A DNA stretch of 32,000 nt. Origin: Methylorubrum extorquens. Lineage in GTDB: Bacteria; Pseudomonadota; Alphaproteobacteria; Rhizobiales; Beijerinckiaceae. This document shows, piece by piece, positions 14,575 to 22,637 of this stretch. Position numbers and translations under genes: made by a program. The stretch lies in NCBI GenBank assembly GCA_900234795.1, contig LT962688.1, positions 450,001 through 482,000 of the forward strand. The letters are read 5' to 3'. Each line of letters opens with the position of its first letter. Positions within the stretch are counted from its first letter, which is position 1. The notes beneath the pieces were generated by a model. The model was not told the DNA's origin, searched no databases, and saw only the letters and a program-made list of their open reading frames with translations.

Positions 14575-15992
14575 TCGGTCCGGGCCTCGACTGCCATCGC
14601 GCCACCGAGCAGGGCGCAGTAAACTGGATCGGAGACGTCGACGCGCCAGATCCGGCCCTGCGGCCCCGTCATTCCGGTGCGTAGGAGGTTGATGCGGGTG
14701 CGGCTCTCGCCCTGGCGTCCAAGGGCGCGCGACAGCGGGTTGCTCCAGGTCCGTCCGCCGTCGTCCGACCACGAAATCAGGGCGCGGGGATCCGAGATCG
14801 TCGGATCGGCGGAGAGGCCACCGACGCCGAGGGCGAAGTCGAAATCCGCCCGCGGGATCGCGAGGCGTGCCGGGAAGCCCTGCGCCGGCAGGCTCTCGAC
14901 GCGGAAGCGCAGCGGGTCGCCATCCTCGCCGAACGCGCTCTCGGTCACCTCGAGCAGGCCGGTACCGGCCGTGTCGCCGTAGAGCCAGCGCCCGAAGGCC
15001 TTCACGCTCTGCGAGGCCCGCCAGCGGCTGGACTGATGGCTGGCCCGCTCGTGCCATTGCTGCGTGGTCAGGTCGTAGACCCAGGTGCGCCCCGGCATCG
15101 AGACCGCCCAGAAGGCATGCCCGGCGACGAGATGCACCGAGGCCTCGATCGCCTTCGGATCGACCTTCGCCGCCGCGGCGAGATCGCGCTCGACGTCGTG
15201 GTTCGAGATCCGCGTCGGGCTGTAGCCGCTGAGTTGATAGACCACCGAATCGTCGCCGACCCAGATCAGCTCGTTCGACCAGCCTTCCTCCTGGCCGGCG
15301 ACCGCCCAAGGGCCGATCAGCCCGCGCGGAATGCCGGTGACCCGAGCGAGCGGGAAGCCGTTGGCCTGCGATTGCCCGCCATAGACGCCGATTCCCGACG
15401 GACCGAACAGGAACAGCTCGTCGCGGAAGGCGATGCCACGCAGGAGGCCTCCGGGACGGGACTGCTCCGTCGTCTTGCTCAGCGTGTTGAAGGTCAGTTG
15501 GTTCGGCTCGGTCGCGTAGCAGTCGCCGTTGCCGGCCGTGAAGAACAGGATGCCGAACAGTTCGCAGACCGAGTTCGGCGCCGGCAGGCCAGAGGGTGTC
15601 TGGAGCGGCTGCGGGGCGGCATCCTGCGGCAACCGGTAGGCCCCAAGTTCCGTCACCCCAACCGCATCCGGGTTCGGCTGGCGGTTGTTGCGCGCAATGG
15701 TGATCCGCTCCGAGCCCGGCAGTGGGCCCAACGCGGCGACCGTGCGATCCTCGGAGATCCGAACCAGGGTGTTCTGGTAGGCCGCGAGCACTACGGGGCC
15801 GACCTGCCGCGACCCGCGCGGGCCCGACACCCCAACATCGACGAACCGAGACAGCCCAGGCGCGCGCCGCACCGAGACCGGTGCACGGGCACCGTCGCCG
15901 AGCTTCTCGGCAAACCCGTTGATCAGGCGACCGGCGCCCTCCGCATCCGAGAGGCCGGGGCGGCTGGACAGAGGCCATGCGATGGCGGGCAA
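14571..15992 (-). CDS. Virion structural protein, 473 aa (size and position of a P22 gp10-type packaged-DNA stabilisation/tail-hub protein; homology unverified)
   Basis: TTG start at 15992 with a GGAG Shine-Dalgarno upstream. The sequence is beta-rich (WVYDLTTQQWHERAS, ISWSDDGGRTWSN). P22 gp10 is 472 aa and occupies the same place relative to coat. Confidence 0.7.
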   Translation of the reverse strand: MPAIAWPLSSRPGLSDAEGAGRLINGFAEKLGDGARAPVSVRRAPGLSRFVDVGVSGPRGSRQVGPVVLAAYQNTLVRISEDRTVAALGPLPGSERITIARNNRQPNPDAVGVTELGAYRLPQDAAPQPLQTPSGLPAPNSVCELFGILFFTAGNGDCYATEPNQLTFNTLSKTTEQSRPGGLLRGIAFRDELFLFGPSGIGVYGGQSQANGFPLARVTGIPRGLIGPWAVAGQEEGWSNELIWVGDDSVVYQLSGYSPTRISNHDVERDLAAAAKVDPKAIEASVHLVAGHAFWAVSMPGRTWVYDLTTQQWHERASHQSSRWRASQSVKAFGRWLYGDTAGTGLLEVTESAFGEDGDPLRFRVESLPAQGFPARLAIPRADFDFALGVGGLSADPTISDPRALISWSDDGGRTWSNPLSRALGRQGESRTRINLLRTGMTGPQGRIWRVDVSDPVYCALLGGAMAVEARTE

Positions 15993-15996
15993 GGGG

Positions 15997-16974
15997 CTAC
16001 TCCGTCACCGATCGCGCGGCGGCGATGATCGCGGCGAGTTGGGCGTCCGTCAGGCCGAGCGTCGTCTTCACGAACTGCGCGAGGACGCCGGACTGCGTCA
16101 CGAACTGGGCGTGGGCGAATGCGATGTTGATCGCGTCGCCTCGGTCGGACGGCACGGCATCGGTGACCGTCGCGACACGGCCTGCGGCAGAGTTCTCCAG
16201 CGCGCGAAAGAACTGCCCGCGGGTCGGCGCGTAGAGCTTCGTGGGCGTGATCGCTGCGTCTCGGATCCCGAGGGCTCCGAGCGCTGGCCGGAACAGAACG
16301 GCGTCGATGCCGACGTATTGAGCCGTTGATGCCTCTGCGAGGATGAATGCCAATCGGCCGTAGGTGCAGCCTGCCGGAGGTGTTGCAGGCAGGCTGATCT
16401 CATTCCAAGCGCCCGCAATCGGCCCGTTGTCGAGCAGGTTGGACGCTGTAACGTATGTGTCGGTCCTGTCGTACCAGAAGGCCTGGACGGTGAAGCCGGA
16501 GGTGGTCGTGCCGGCCATCGGGGCCACGTAGAACCCGAGCCCGTGCAGAGCCAAAGGCGTGACGTCCATGCGCGGCCCGAGAGCTGCGACTGCGCTACTC
16601 GTGGTCGCCGTCGCCTTGCTGAGCAGAAGCGACGTTGTTCCGGCATATGAAGCGTCAGTGAAGGCAGAAATCGAACTGCCAGCGCCAACCGCGTTGAGCA
16701 GGCTCCACCCGACCGGCAGGCCGCCCGCAACATCCTCCATGTCCCCGTTGGGGCAGAGGTTGGCCGCCATCGAGCCGATGTTGAGCTTTGACGGGCGGAC
16801 CCGCCCAGCAGCGTCGCCCAAGACGCGGGCTGCGATCGCAGCCGGAACGCTCTGCTGCACGCCGCCGGTCGGCGTGACGGTCATCGCGCCGGCATCGCAC
16901 GCAATCTGGTCCGTGGCCCCGACAAGCCCGAAGCTGCCACCCGCGAGCCGCCGGAGCGCTTTGACGATAGCCAT
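15997..16974 (-). CDS. Fibre/receptor-binding-like protein with CBM-like central domain and shared C-terminal module (325 aa)
   Basis: The segment NLCPNGDMEDVAGGLPVGWSL resembles the opening strand of CBM4_9/galactose-binding-like domains. The C-terminal 73 aa are paralogous to the 6017..6376 product. Confidence 0.7.
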   Translation of the reverse strand: MAIVKALRRLAGGSFGLVGATDQIACDAGAMTVTPTGGVQQSVPAAIAARVLGDAAGRVRPSKLNIGSMAANLCPNGDMEDVAGGLPVGWSLLNAVGAGSSISAFTDASYAGTTSLLLSKATATTSSAVAALGPRMDVTPLALHGLGFYVAPMAGTTTSGFTVQAFWYDRTDTYVTASNLLDNGPIAGAWNEISLPATPPAGCTYGRLAFILAEASTAQYVGIDAVLFRPALGALGIRDAAITPTKLYAPTRGQFFRALENSAAGRVATVTDAVPSDRGDAINIAFAHAQFVTQSGVLAQFVKTTLGLTDAQLAAIIAAARSVTE

Positions 16975-17007
16975 GCCGCATCCGCTCCCGGCGAGGGACG
17001 ATCAGGA

Positions 17008-17526
17008 TCAGGCGTTCACGACGAACGGCTGCGGGGCGACCTGATCCAGAACGGTCGCGGACGTGGCCTTGCCGATGTACTGGTCCGTCTGGGCGGCCGT
17101 GACGTTCTGCGTGGCCGTCACCTGCCCGCCGGTGCCGAGGTAATAGTCGGCGCCGGGCGTGAGGCCCGAGAGTGAGGTGTTCGGGCCGCCGGAGCGGTAG
17201 ACGGTGGCGCTCGCACCCGAGGCGACGGCGCCCAGCACGAAACCATCCGACCGCTTGCCGCCGCTGGCCGCCACCGCATCCGCGTTGCGGGCCGAGAGCA
17301 CGCCGCCGCTCGCCCAGAGGTTCACCTGCGCGCCGGCCGCGAGGGCCTCGGTCGCGGGAACGACGAAAATGTCGGCGCCGATGCCGGCCGGGAACAGCGA
17401 GATGTCGAGCAGGCCGCCCGCACCGGTGGCGACGATCTTGTCGGCGTTACCGGCGCCGCCGATCGTGGTGGCGACGACCTGCTTAAAGCCGGCACCGAGC
17501 CGCTGAAGGAAGTAGGGGGCGGGCAT
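17008..17526 (-). CDS. Virion-associated hypothetical protein (172 aa), paralog-like to its upstream neighbour
   Basis: The sequence is Gly/Ala-rich and beta-type. The C-terminal pattern PGADYYLGTGGQVTATQ...QYIGKATSATVLDQVAPQPF parallels PGPVFLGADGALTQQ...QQIGVSDLPTRLLVDIQPPF in 17530..18078. Confidence 0.6.
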   Translation of the reverse strand: MPAPYFLQRLGAGFKQVVATTIGGAGNADKIVATGAGGLLDISLFPAGIGADIFVVPATEALAAGAQVNLWASGGVLSARNADAVAASGGKRSDGFVLGAVASGASATVYRSGGPNTSLSGLTPGADYYLGTGGQVTATQNVTAAQTDQYIGKATSATVLDQVAPQPFVVNA

Positions 17527-17529
17527 CGG

Positions 17530-18078
17530 TCAGGCTCCGAGAGCGAACGGCGGCTGGATATCGACGAGGAGGCGGGTCGGCAGGTCGGAGACGCCGATCT
17601 GCTGGAGGAAGCCGGAAGCCGGCTCCTGCTGGGTCAGGGCACCGTCGGCGCCGAGGAAAACGGGGCCGGGCGCCCAGGACCACGAGGGTTCGACGAGGGG
17701 GCCATTCGCGACGTAGGCGCAGGGGGCGCCGGACTCAGCGAACCCGGTCGAGACCCCGACCGCGGCGCCGAACTGGCCCATGTCGGACGAGGAGGCGATC
17801 GCGAGGCCGCCCTCGATCGCCCGCACCACGGTGTGGCCGCTGATGGCGACCGTCGCAGGGGCGGAGAGCACCGGGGCAGGGCCACTTCCACCGCCGCTGA
17901 GATCGAACTCGGCGAAGGCGCCACCGCCCAGCAGGCCGAAGCACATCACGTTGTCGGGGACGACAATCAGCGCCTCGCCCTCGAGCAGGGCGTCCGGACC
18001 GGACAGCGGCGGGCGATAGCCGGCGCGGAACGACCGTGCGAGCCGAGGACGGGTCTCTTCCTGGAGCGTGCGCGCCAT
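17530..18078 (-). CDS. Virion-associated hypothetical protein (182 aa)
   Basis: There is a 3-nt gap on both sides and GC3 is high. See the paralogy note on 17008..17526. Confidence 0.6.
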   Translation of the reverse strand: MARTLQEETRPRLARSFRAGYRPPLSGPDALLEGEALIVVPDNVMCFGLLGGGAFAEFDLSGGGSGPAPVLSAPATVAISGHTVVRAIEGGLAIASSSDMGQFGAAVGVSTGFAESGAPCAYVANGPLVEPSWSWAPGPVFLGADGALTQQEPASGFLQQIGVSDLPTRLLVDIQPPFALGA

Positions 18079-18081
18079 AGA

Positions 18082-18534
18082 TCAGCCCCGACGCCCGCCA
18101 TCGACCGTGACGTCGAGGTCGATATCCTCGGGCGGCGTGATGGGCCGGCCGCGGCTGTTGATCGGCGCCGAGCCACCGCGACGGCCCCAGAACTGTTCCA
18201 GGCGCATCGGAGGCCGAGCGTCGTAGACCCGATATGCGAGCTTGAGATCGGTGCGGGCTTGCTCGGCGGCGGCGCGGATCTCGCCGGCACGCGTCCCGCC
18301 GATGCCGAACGGCACCATCGCGCGCTCGGCGACGATGTCCGCAAGCGGCAGATAGGCCGCATCGTCGATCTCGTCGCCGTTGAGCTTGGCGACCCCATCG
18401 TGGAACAGCTTCTCGCAGACAGGCTCGATCAGGTCGTCGACCTCGGCGCGGTCTTCATCGCTGGGCGCTTGGCCGGCGGCGAGCACGCCGAGGTTCTTGA
18501 GAACCCGCGCGATCAGATCCTCGCGGGTCCGCAT
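18082..18534 (-). CDS. Head-completion/adaptor-region hypothetical protein (150 aa)
   Basis: It is the second gene after the capsid and is tightly packed. The role is inferred from position only. Confidence 0.6.
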   Translation of the reverse strand: MRTREDLIARVLKNLGVLAAGQAPSDEDRAEVDDLIEPVCEKLFHDGVAKLNGDEIDDAAYLPLADIVAERAMVPFGIGGTRAGEIRAAAEQARTDLKLAYRVYDARPPMRLEQFWGRRGGSAPINSRGRPITPPEDIDLDVTVDGGRRG

Positions 18535-18535
18535 G

Positions 18536-19072
18536 TCAGCGGCCCTTCGCGGGGGTGGTGGCGGTCGGCTTCGGCTTGTTGGCCTCGGCGAGGTCGGCGT
18601 GCGCCTTGGCGAGGTCGGCGGTCAGCGCCTCGACCGCGGCCTTGGCGGCATCGCGCTCGGCGGCGTTCACGCGGCCGTCCTCGTGGGCCTTGGCAAGGGA
18701 TTCGCGCAGGTCGGACATGGCTGCGGAGGCGCCTTCCAGCGTTTTCTCGGCAGCATCGATATCGGCGACGAGGGCGGCGTTCTCCGCCATGCCGGCCTCG
18801 ATCACGCCCTTCAGGCGATCGATCTCGGTCAGGGCGGTCAGCAATTCGTCGACGGCGGACGGCTCCGACGCCGGCACCTCGACGGGATGCGCGAAGGTGA
18901 GGCCGGTGGCGCGCATTGTCAGCGCATCGGCGGTCGCCAGCGACTGATCGGAGATGACGGACGGAGAGGCATGCCAGCCCTCGGGCAGGTCGGCGCCGGG
19001 CGCGAGGTCGAAGATCTGGGCGGACCCGTCGGGCTTGTAGCCCCAGGTTGCGATGGTCTCGATGGTGTCCAT
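18536..19072 (-). CDS. Coiled-coil hypothetical protein after the capsid gene (178 aa from ATG 19072)
   Basis: The track ORF starts at 19132, but the first 20 codons run across the hairpin at 19119-19143. From ATG 19072 the sequence is MDTIETIATWGYKPDGSAQIFDL..., and the C-terminal half is Ala/Glu/Lys-rich and helical. Confidence 0.6.
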   Translation of the reverse strand: MDTIETIATWGYKPDGSAQIFDLAPGADLPEGWHASPSVISDQSLATADALTMRATGLTFAHPVEVPASEPSAVDELLTALTEIDRLKGVIEAGMAENAALVADIDAAEKTLEGASAAMSDLRESLAKAHEDGRVNAAERDAAKAAVEALTADLAKAHADLAEANKPKPTATTPAKGR

Positions 19073-19118
19073 GAACGCCTCGTCGGAGGTGACGGGGCGC
19101 GCATGGCCCCAGAACGAC

Positions 19119-19143
19119 GAAGGGCCCCACAAGGGGGCCCTTT
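19119..19143 (-). terminator. GC-rich hairpin just downstream of the capsid stop
   Basis: The stem pairs AGGGCCCC with GGGGCCCT (8 bp, extendable) around a 5-nt loop. The downstream tract on the minus strand is only moderately U-rich, so this may be a partial terminator or an RNA-stability element. Confidence 0.35.
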
Positions 19144-19166
19144 CGTCTTAGCGGTGGTCGGACGGC

Positions 19167-20403
19167 TTAGCCGCTGACGCGGGTGCCGAGGCGCGGGTCG
19201 ATGGCGGCCACGCCGTACAACACGTCCAGGCGCCACGAGGACACGCGGTTCGGGCCGTCGAAGTAGGGCACGAGCATGACGTGGATGCCCTTGTAGTCCT
19301 GCGTGCCGATCTGGTCGGTCGGCACACCGGCCGGCTTCTCGAAGGGCACGCACACCAGCGCCAGCGCGTTCCGGTGGAACATGAGGTTCTGCTGGAAGGT
19401 GGACGAGGCCGCGCCGTTCCACGTGACCACCGCGCCGGCAGCCGGAGCAGCCGAGACGGTCTGGTAGGCGCCCGTGGTGATGATCGCCGGGGCGATCTGC
19501 ACGGCCGCGTTGCCGGTGCCGTCTGCGGTGGCCGCGGCGGTGGCGACGAACTGCTGGAGGTAGGGCAGGACCTGCTTCGTCACCGGGTTGACGGCGAAGA
19601 CACCCGCGATGCTGAACACCTCGCCCGCGCGGACCGTGGCGGCCGCACCGAGGCCCGCCATGTTGAGGGTCTGGCCCCAGGAGTTCGCTTGCGCGCCGGA
19701 GTAGGTCACCGCCTGACCGGCGCCGTTCACGGTGCCGTTGGTGCGGGTGCCCGTGGTCAGCGTCGGGGCGTTCTGGGTCATGAACGGCTCGACGCCGGCG
19801 AGTCCGCCGAGCTTCGCCTTGCGGTAGGCGTCGGTGTTGGCGCCGTCGATGTAGAGCTGCGCCTGGTTGCCGAGCAGGGCCACATGATCGGCCGGCGACA
19901 GGGCGGCGGAGCGCTCGTCGGACGGAACGGCCATCTCGTTGAGACGCTGCACGCCCGCGAGGAACTTGCCGTAGTTCGAGATGGTGTTGCCCGGGGTGCC
20001 GACCCAGTTCCAGAAGTTCTGCAGAGCGCAGGAGTGGATGTCCTGGTCGATCTGGTTGGCGATCGGCACCATGGCCGGCTTGATCACCCGCTCGGCAAGA
20101 TCGCCGATCTTGAGGGCGAGATCGGTCGAGGAAAATTGGGAAGTCGACGCCGGCCACCTTGTTGACGGTGATCGCGGTCTTGCCCTCGATCACGTCCTGG
20201 TTGGACGCGACGAGGCCGGTGCGGACGCGGAACTGCGCCGGCTTCCGGATCGAGACCGTGTCACCGACCTTGTAGCCGTTGACGTTCTTCGAGAACTCGT
20301 CCTCGTAGCCGCGGAAGACGCGGGAGCCCATTCCGAGCTCGTTGTCGAGGATCTTCACCGCCGCCTTGGCGATGATATTTGCGGTGTTCAGATCGTTGGG
20401 CAC
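19167..20403 (-). pseudogene. Major capsid protein, P22-coat family (PF11651-like), interrupted by a +1 frameshift near 20132-20135
   Basis: The N-terminal 90 or so codons come from track ORF 18919..20403 (GTG 20403 with GAAGGA Shine-Dalgarno: MPNDLNTANIIAKAAVKILDNELGMGSRVFRGYEDEFSK...TVSIRKPAQF). The remainder is in the frame of ORF 19167..20087, which reads STDLALKIGDLAERVIKPAMVPIANQIDQD... upstream of its first Met. Removing one T from the T4 run joins the two parts as VDFPISSTDLAL. Confidence 0.8.
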
Positions 20404-21304
20404 GGAGAGTTATCCTTCGATTTCTGGTGGTCAGCCGTATGTCTTGGCCAGCCACGCATCGAGATCGCTGTCGGGGGGACGACGGCTTGGAGGCTCCGGA
20501 CACCTGCTTGGCGGGCGGCGGAGCGGCGGTTGCGGTCTTGGGTTTCGCCAGGGTCAGGCGCTGTTCGAGCCGGCCGACGGCCTTGGCCGCCGCGCGCTCG
20601 CTCATCCCGTTGAGCTCGGTGAGCACATTGGGGTTCTTGGCGAGGTAGTAGGCGAGCAGGCCGCCCTTCTCGCTCTCGATCACCAGTTCGGTGACGTGGG
20701 GCTTCACCTCGCGGTCCTTGGCCTCCGCGAGCGCCTTGTCGAAGTCCGGGATCTTGCCCCGGGTCTCGTCGAGACGCTCCTGAAAGGCCTCGATCGCGGC
20801 CTCACGCTGGGCGTCCTGCTCGGCAGCCTGCCGGCTGGAGGCCGCAGCCTCACGGTCGGCGATGCGCTGCTCGGCGACGGCGAGCTTCACATCGTAGCGA
20901 CGCTGCGCGCGGTCGAATTCCGCCCAGTCCTTGAAGTCCTCTTCCTTCGGTGCCGGTCCGATCTCCTTCCCGATGGCTGCAGCCCGATCGACGCCGGCAG
21001 CCGGAGCCGCGCTGCGAACCGATGCGAGTTCGTCCTTGAGACGGGCGATCTGGTCCTGCATCCGCTGGATGCCGGAACGCTTCTTGGGCTTATCCTCGCC
21101 CCCTTCGCCCTCGCCTTCGCCCTTGGCGGGCTCCTGCTTGGGCTTCTCGGCGGTGGATTCGCCCCCTTCTTCCCCTGGCGTTGCGGCGCCCGTCTCGATC
21201 TCGGCCGACTGGCCTTCGGTCGGGTCGGTCGTCGCGTCCGAGGCTTCGCTACCTGCCGCTGGCGTCTCCGCCTGCGCGCCCAGCACGATCAGATCCTCGT
21301 CCAT
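20261..21304 (-). CDS. Scaffolding protein (acidic N-terminus, helical body); as sequenced the 3' end reads through into the capsid gene, and the authentic stop is probably 20431 after a +1 frame correction
   Basis: It lies between portal and coat. It has a Glu/Lys/Ala-rich helical composition (QDQIARLKDELASV..., AEQRIADREAAASSRQAAEQDAQREAAIEAFQERLDE). After the C6 run at 20473-20478 the ORF becomes Arg-rich and overlaps the capsid start by 142 nt. The +1 frame instead gives PDSDLDAWLAKTYG-stop at 20431-20433, just before the capsid Shine-Dalgarno. Confidence 0.7.
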   Translation of the reverse strand: MDEDLIVLGAQAETPAAGSEASDATTDPTEGQSAEIETGAATPGEEGGESTAEKPKQEPAKGEGEGEGGEDKPKKRSGIQRMQDQIARLKDELASVRSAAPAAGVDRAAAIGKEIGPAPKEEDFKDWAEFDRAQRRYDVKLAVAEQRIADREAAASSRQAAEQDAQREAAIEAFQERLDETRGKIPDFDKALAEAKDREVKPHVTELVIESEKGGLLAYYLAKNPNVLTELNGMSERAAAKAVGRLEQRLTLAKPKTATAAPPPAKQVSGASKPSSPRQRSRCVAGQDIRLTTRNRRITLRAQRSEHRKYHRQGGGEDPRQRARNGLPRLPRLRGRVLEERQRLQGR

Positions 21305-21319
21305 GTGTCGTGGTCCATG

Positions 21320-21351
21320 AAAAAACCCGCCGCGCGGTGAGCGGGCGGGTT
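21320..21351 (-). terminator. Canonical intrinsic terminator 15 nt upstream of the scaffold start codon
   Basis: On the minus strand there is a GC-rich hairpin (21351-21324; ACCCGCC/GGCGGGT core with one bulge). It overlaps at its 3' end and is followed by a U6 run (21325-21320), then CATGGACCACGACAC-ATG. Confidence 0.65.
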
Positions 21352-21504
21352 CGGTGCATCCTCACGGCCTGGCAGCGGGTCCGCCGGCCTGCGGGATCGG
21401 GGTGGGCGCAATTCGCCCCACGGTGGGGCGCGCCGATCAGAATGGTGGGATTGCCGCTGACGGGGCTGTGCCCGCACGTCTCGCGACGGATAATCCTTGG
21501 GGCT

Positions 21505-21527
21505 GTTTTGCCCGTCGGGTCAAGGGG
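21505..21527 (-). promoter_or_regulatory. 23-bp dyad motif, copy B (GTTTTGCCCGTCGGGTCAAGGGG)
   Basis: It is 22/23 identical to 8098-8120. It lies 201 nt ahead (in the minus sense) of the scaffold start and 30 nt from the left end of the IS630 element. Confidence 0.45.
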
Positions 21528-21556
21528 GAGGACCCTTGTTTAGCCCGTCCCAGCTA

Positions 21557-22602
21557 GAGCTATTGCCGATCAGGTTGGATCGTATCCTGCCGCTGTGAGG
21601 CAGTTGCGGCAGGCCTTTGGTGTTAGGCTGTCGAGGGCGGATCGGATTGCCGCTTTCAGATCTGGAAGCGTCCGCGCGGCGGCTTTGCGCAGGTCGGCTT
21701 TGAGCTTGGCGAAGATCTGTTCGATCGGGTTGAGGTCCGGCGAGTAGGGCGGAAGATAGAGCAGCTTGGCGCCCACCGCCTGGATGGCTTCGCGCACGCC
21801 GGCCACCTTGTGAGCGCCGAGGTTGTCCATGATCACCGTGTCACCCCGCTTCAGCACGGGCACCAGGGTGTCGGTGACGTAGGCCCGGAAGCGCTGGCCG
21901 TTGGTGGCTCCGTCGAACAGGGCCGTGGCCGCCACCCCGCTCGTGCGCAGGGCGGCCGTGACGGTGGTGGTCTTCCAGTGGCCGTGCGGAACCGCGACGC
22001 GGCAGCGCTCACCGCGCACGGCCCAGCCGTAGCGGCGGACCATGTTGGTCGTGGTGGCCGTTTCGTCGAGGAAGACGAGGCTGTCGGGATCGAGTTCATC
22101 CTGAGCCTCGAACCAGTCCTCGCGCTCGGCCTTCACGTTCGGCCGCTGCTGCTCGGCAGCGTGGAGGGTGTTTTTTTGTGCGTGACGGCGTGGCGCCGGA
22201 AGAAGCGCGACAGGCTGCTCTCGCTGGTGGCGATACCGCGTTCGGCCAGCAGGGCGCGCACCTCCGATAGGGTGAGCATTGGTCGACCCAAGCGCAGTTT
22301 GAGGATCAACTCGGCTCGCGCTTCGAGGTGCTGCGAGCGTCGGTCGCCACCCTGCGGCTTGGCCGCCACCCGGCCTTCCCGCTCGAAGCTCTCCTGCCAG
22401 CGGATAGCGCTGGCGGGACTGACCCCGAACCGCTCGGCGGCCTGACGGCGCGAGGCGCCCGCGGACACGGCCTTCACGACGCGCGCGCGCAGATCCGATG
22501 ACAACGGTGACCCCATCGATCCTCCTGTCGAGAGGACCAAAGGGAATCAGATCTCGTCTCGTCAGGGAACCCCAACCGACTCACCGCGGTCGGCAACAGC
22601 TC
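21557..22602 (-). mobile_element. IS630-family insertion sequence (1046 bp) with TA target-site duplication
   Basis: The terminal inverted repeats are GAGCTATTGCCGATC (21557-21571) and the reverse complement of 22588-22602, GAGCTGTTGCCGACC (13/15 match). TA is present at 21555-21556 and 22603-22604. The element encodes a two-frame DDE transposase. Confidence 0.85.
21570..22516 (-). CDS. IS630-family transposase, two frames joined by a putative -1 frameshift at an A7 run
   Basis: ATG 22516 is preceded by an AGGAGG Shine-Dalgarno. Frame A carries an HTH region (...RRHAVTHKK), and the slippery A7 corresponds to T7 at 22171-22177 on the plus strand. Frame B continues NTLHAAEQQRPNVKAEREDW... with DDE-region motifs VFLDETA, IMDNLGAHK and PYSPDLNPIEQ. 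Confidence 0.85.
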
Positions 22603-22637
22603 TAGCGCACCAACGCTTATGCTTTTGCGATGCCCCG

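Noticed and set aside
14575-15978. A 510-aa minus-strand ORF 14446..15978 overlapping the 473-aa gene.
   Set aside because: It is an out-of-frame shadow of the 14571..15992 gene, with Arg/Pro/Gly-rich translation. Only its last 42 codons, from ATG 14574, look like a genuine coupled small ORF.
16000-16218. A diversity-generating retroelement template/variable repeat pair, formed by 16000-16218 and 6017-6235.
   Set aside because: No reverse transcriptase gene is present in the window. By eye, the two DNA copies are heavily diverged, with substitutions of all types rather than adenine-specific differences. They look like old paralogs.
18919-20128. The C-terminal 400 or so codons of the 494-aa ORF 18919..20403, read as a single intact gene.
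   Set aside because: After about residue 90 the translation becomes Arg/Pro/Gly-rich nonsense. The coat-family sequence continues in the +1 frame (ORF 19167..20087 and its upstream extension).
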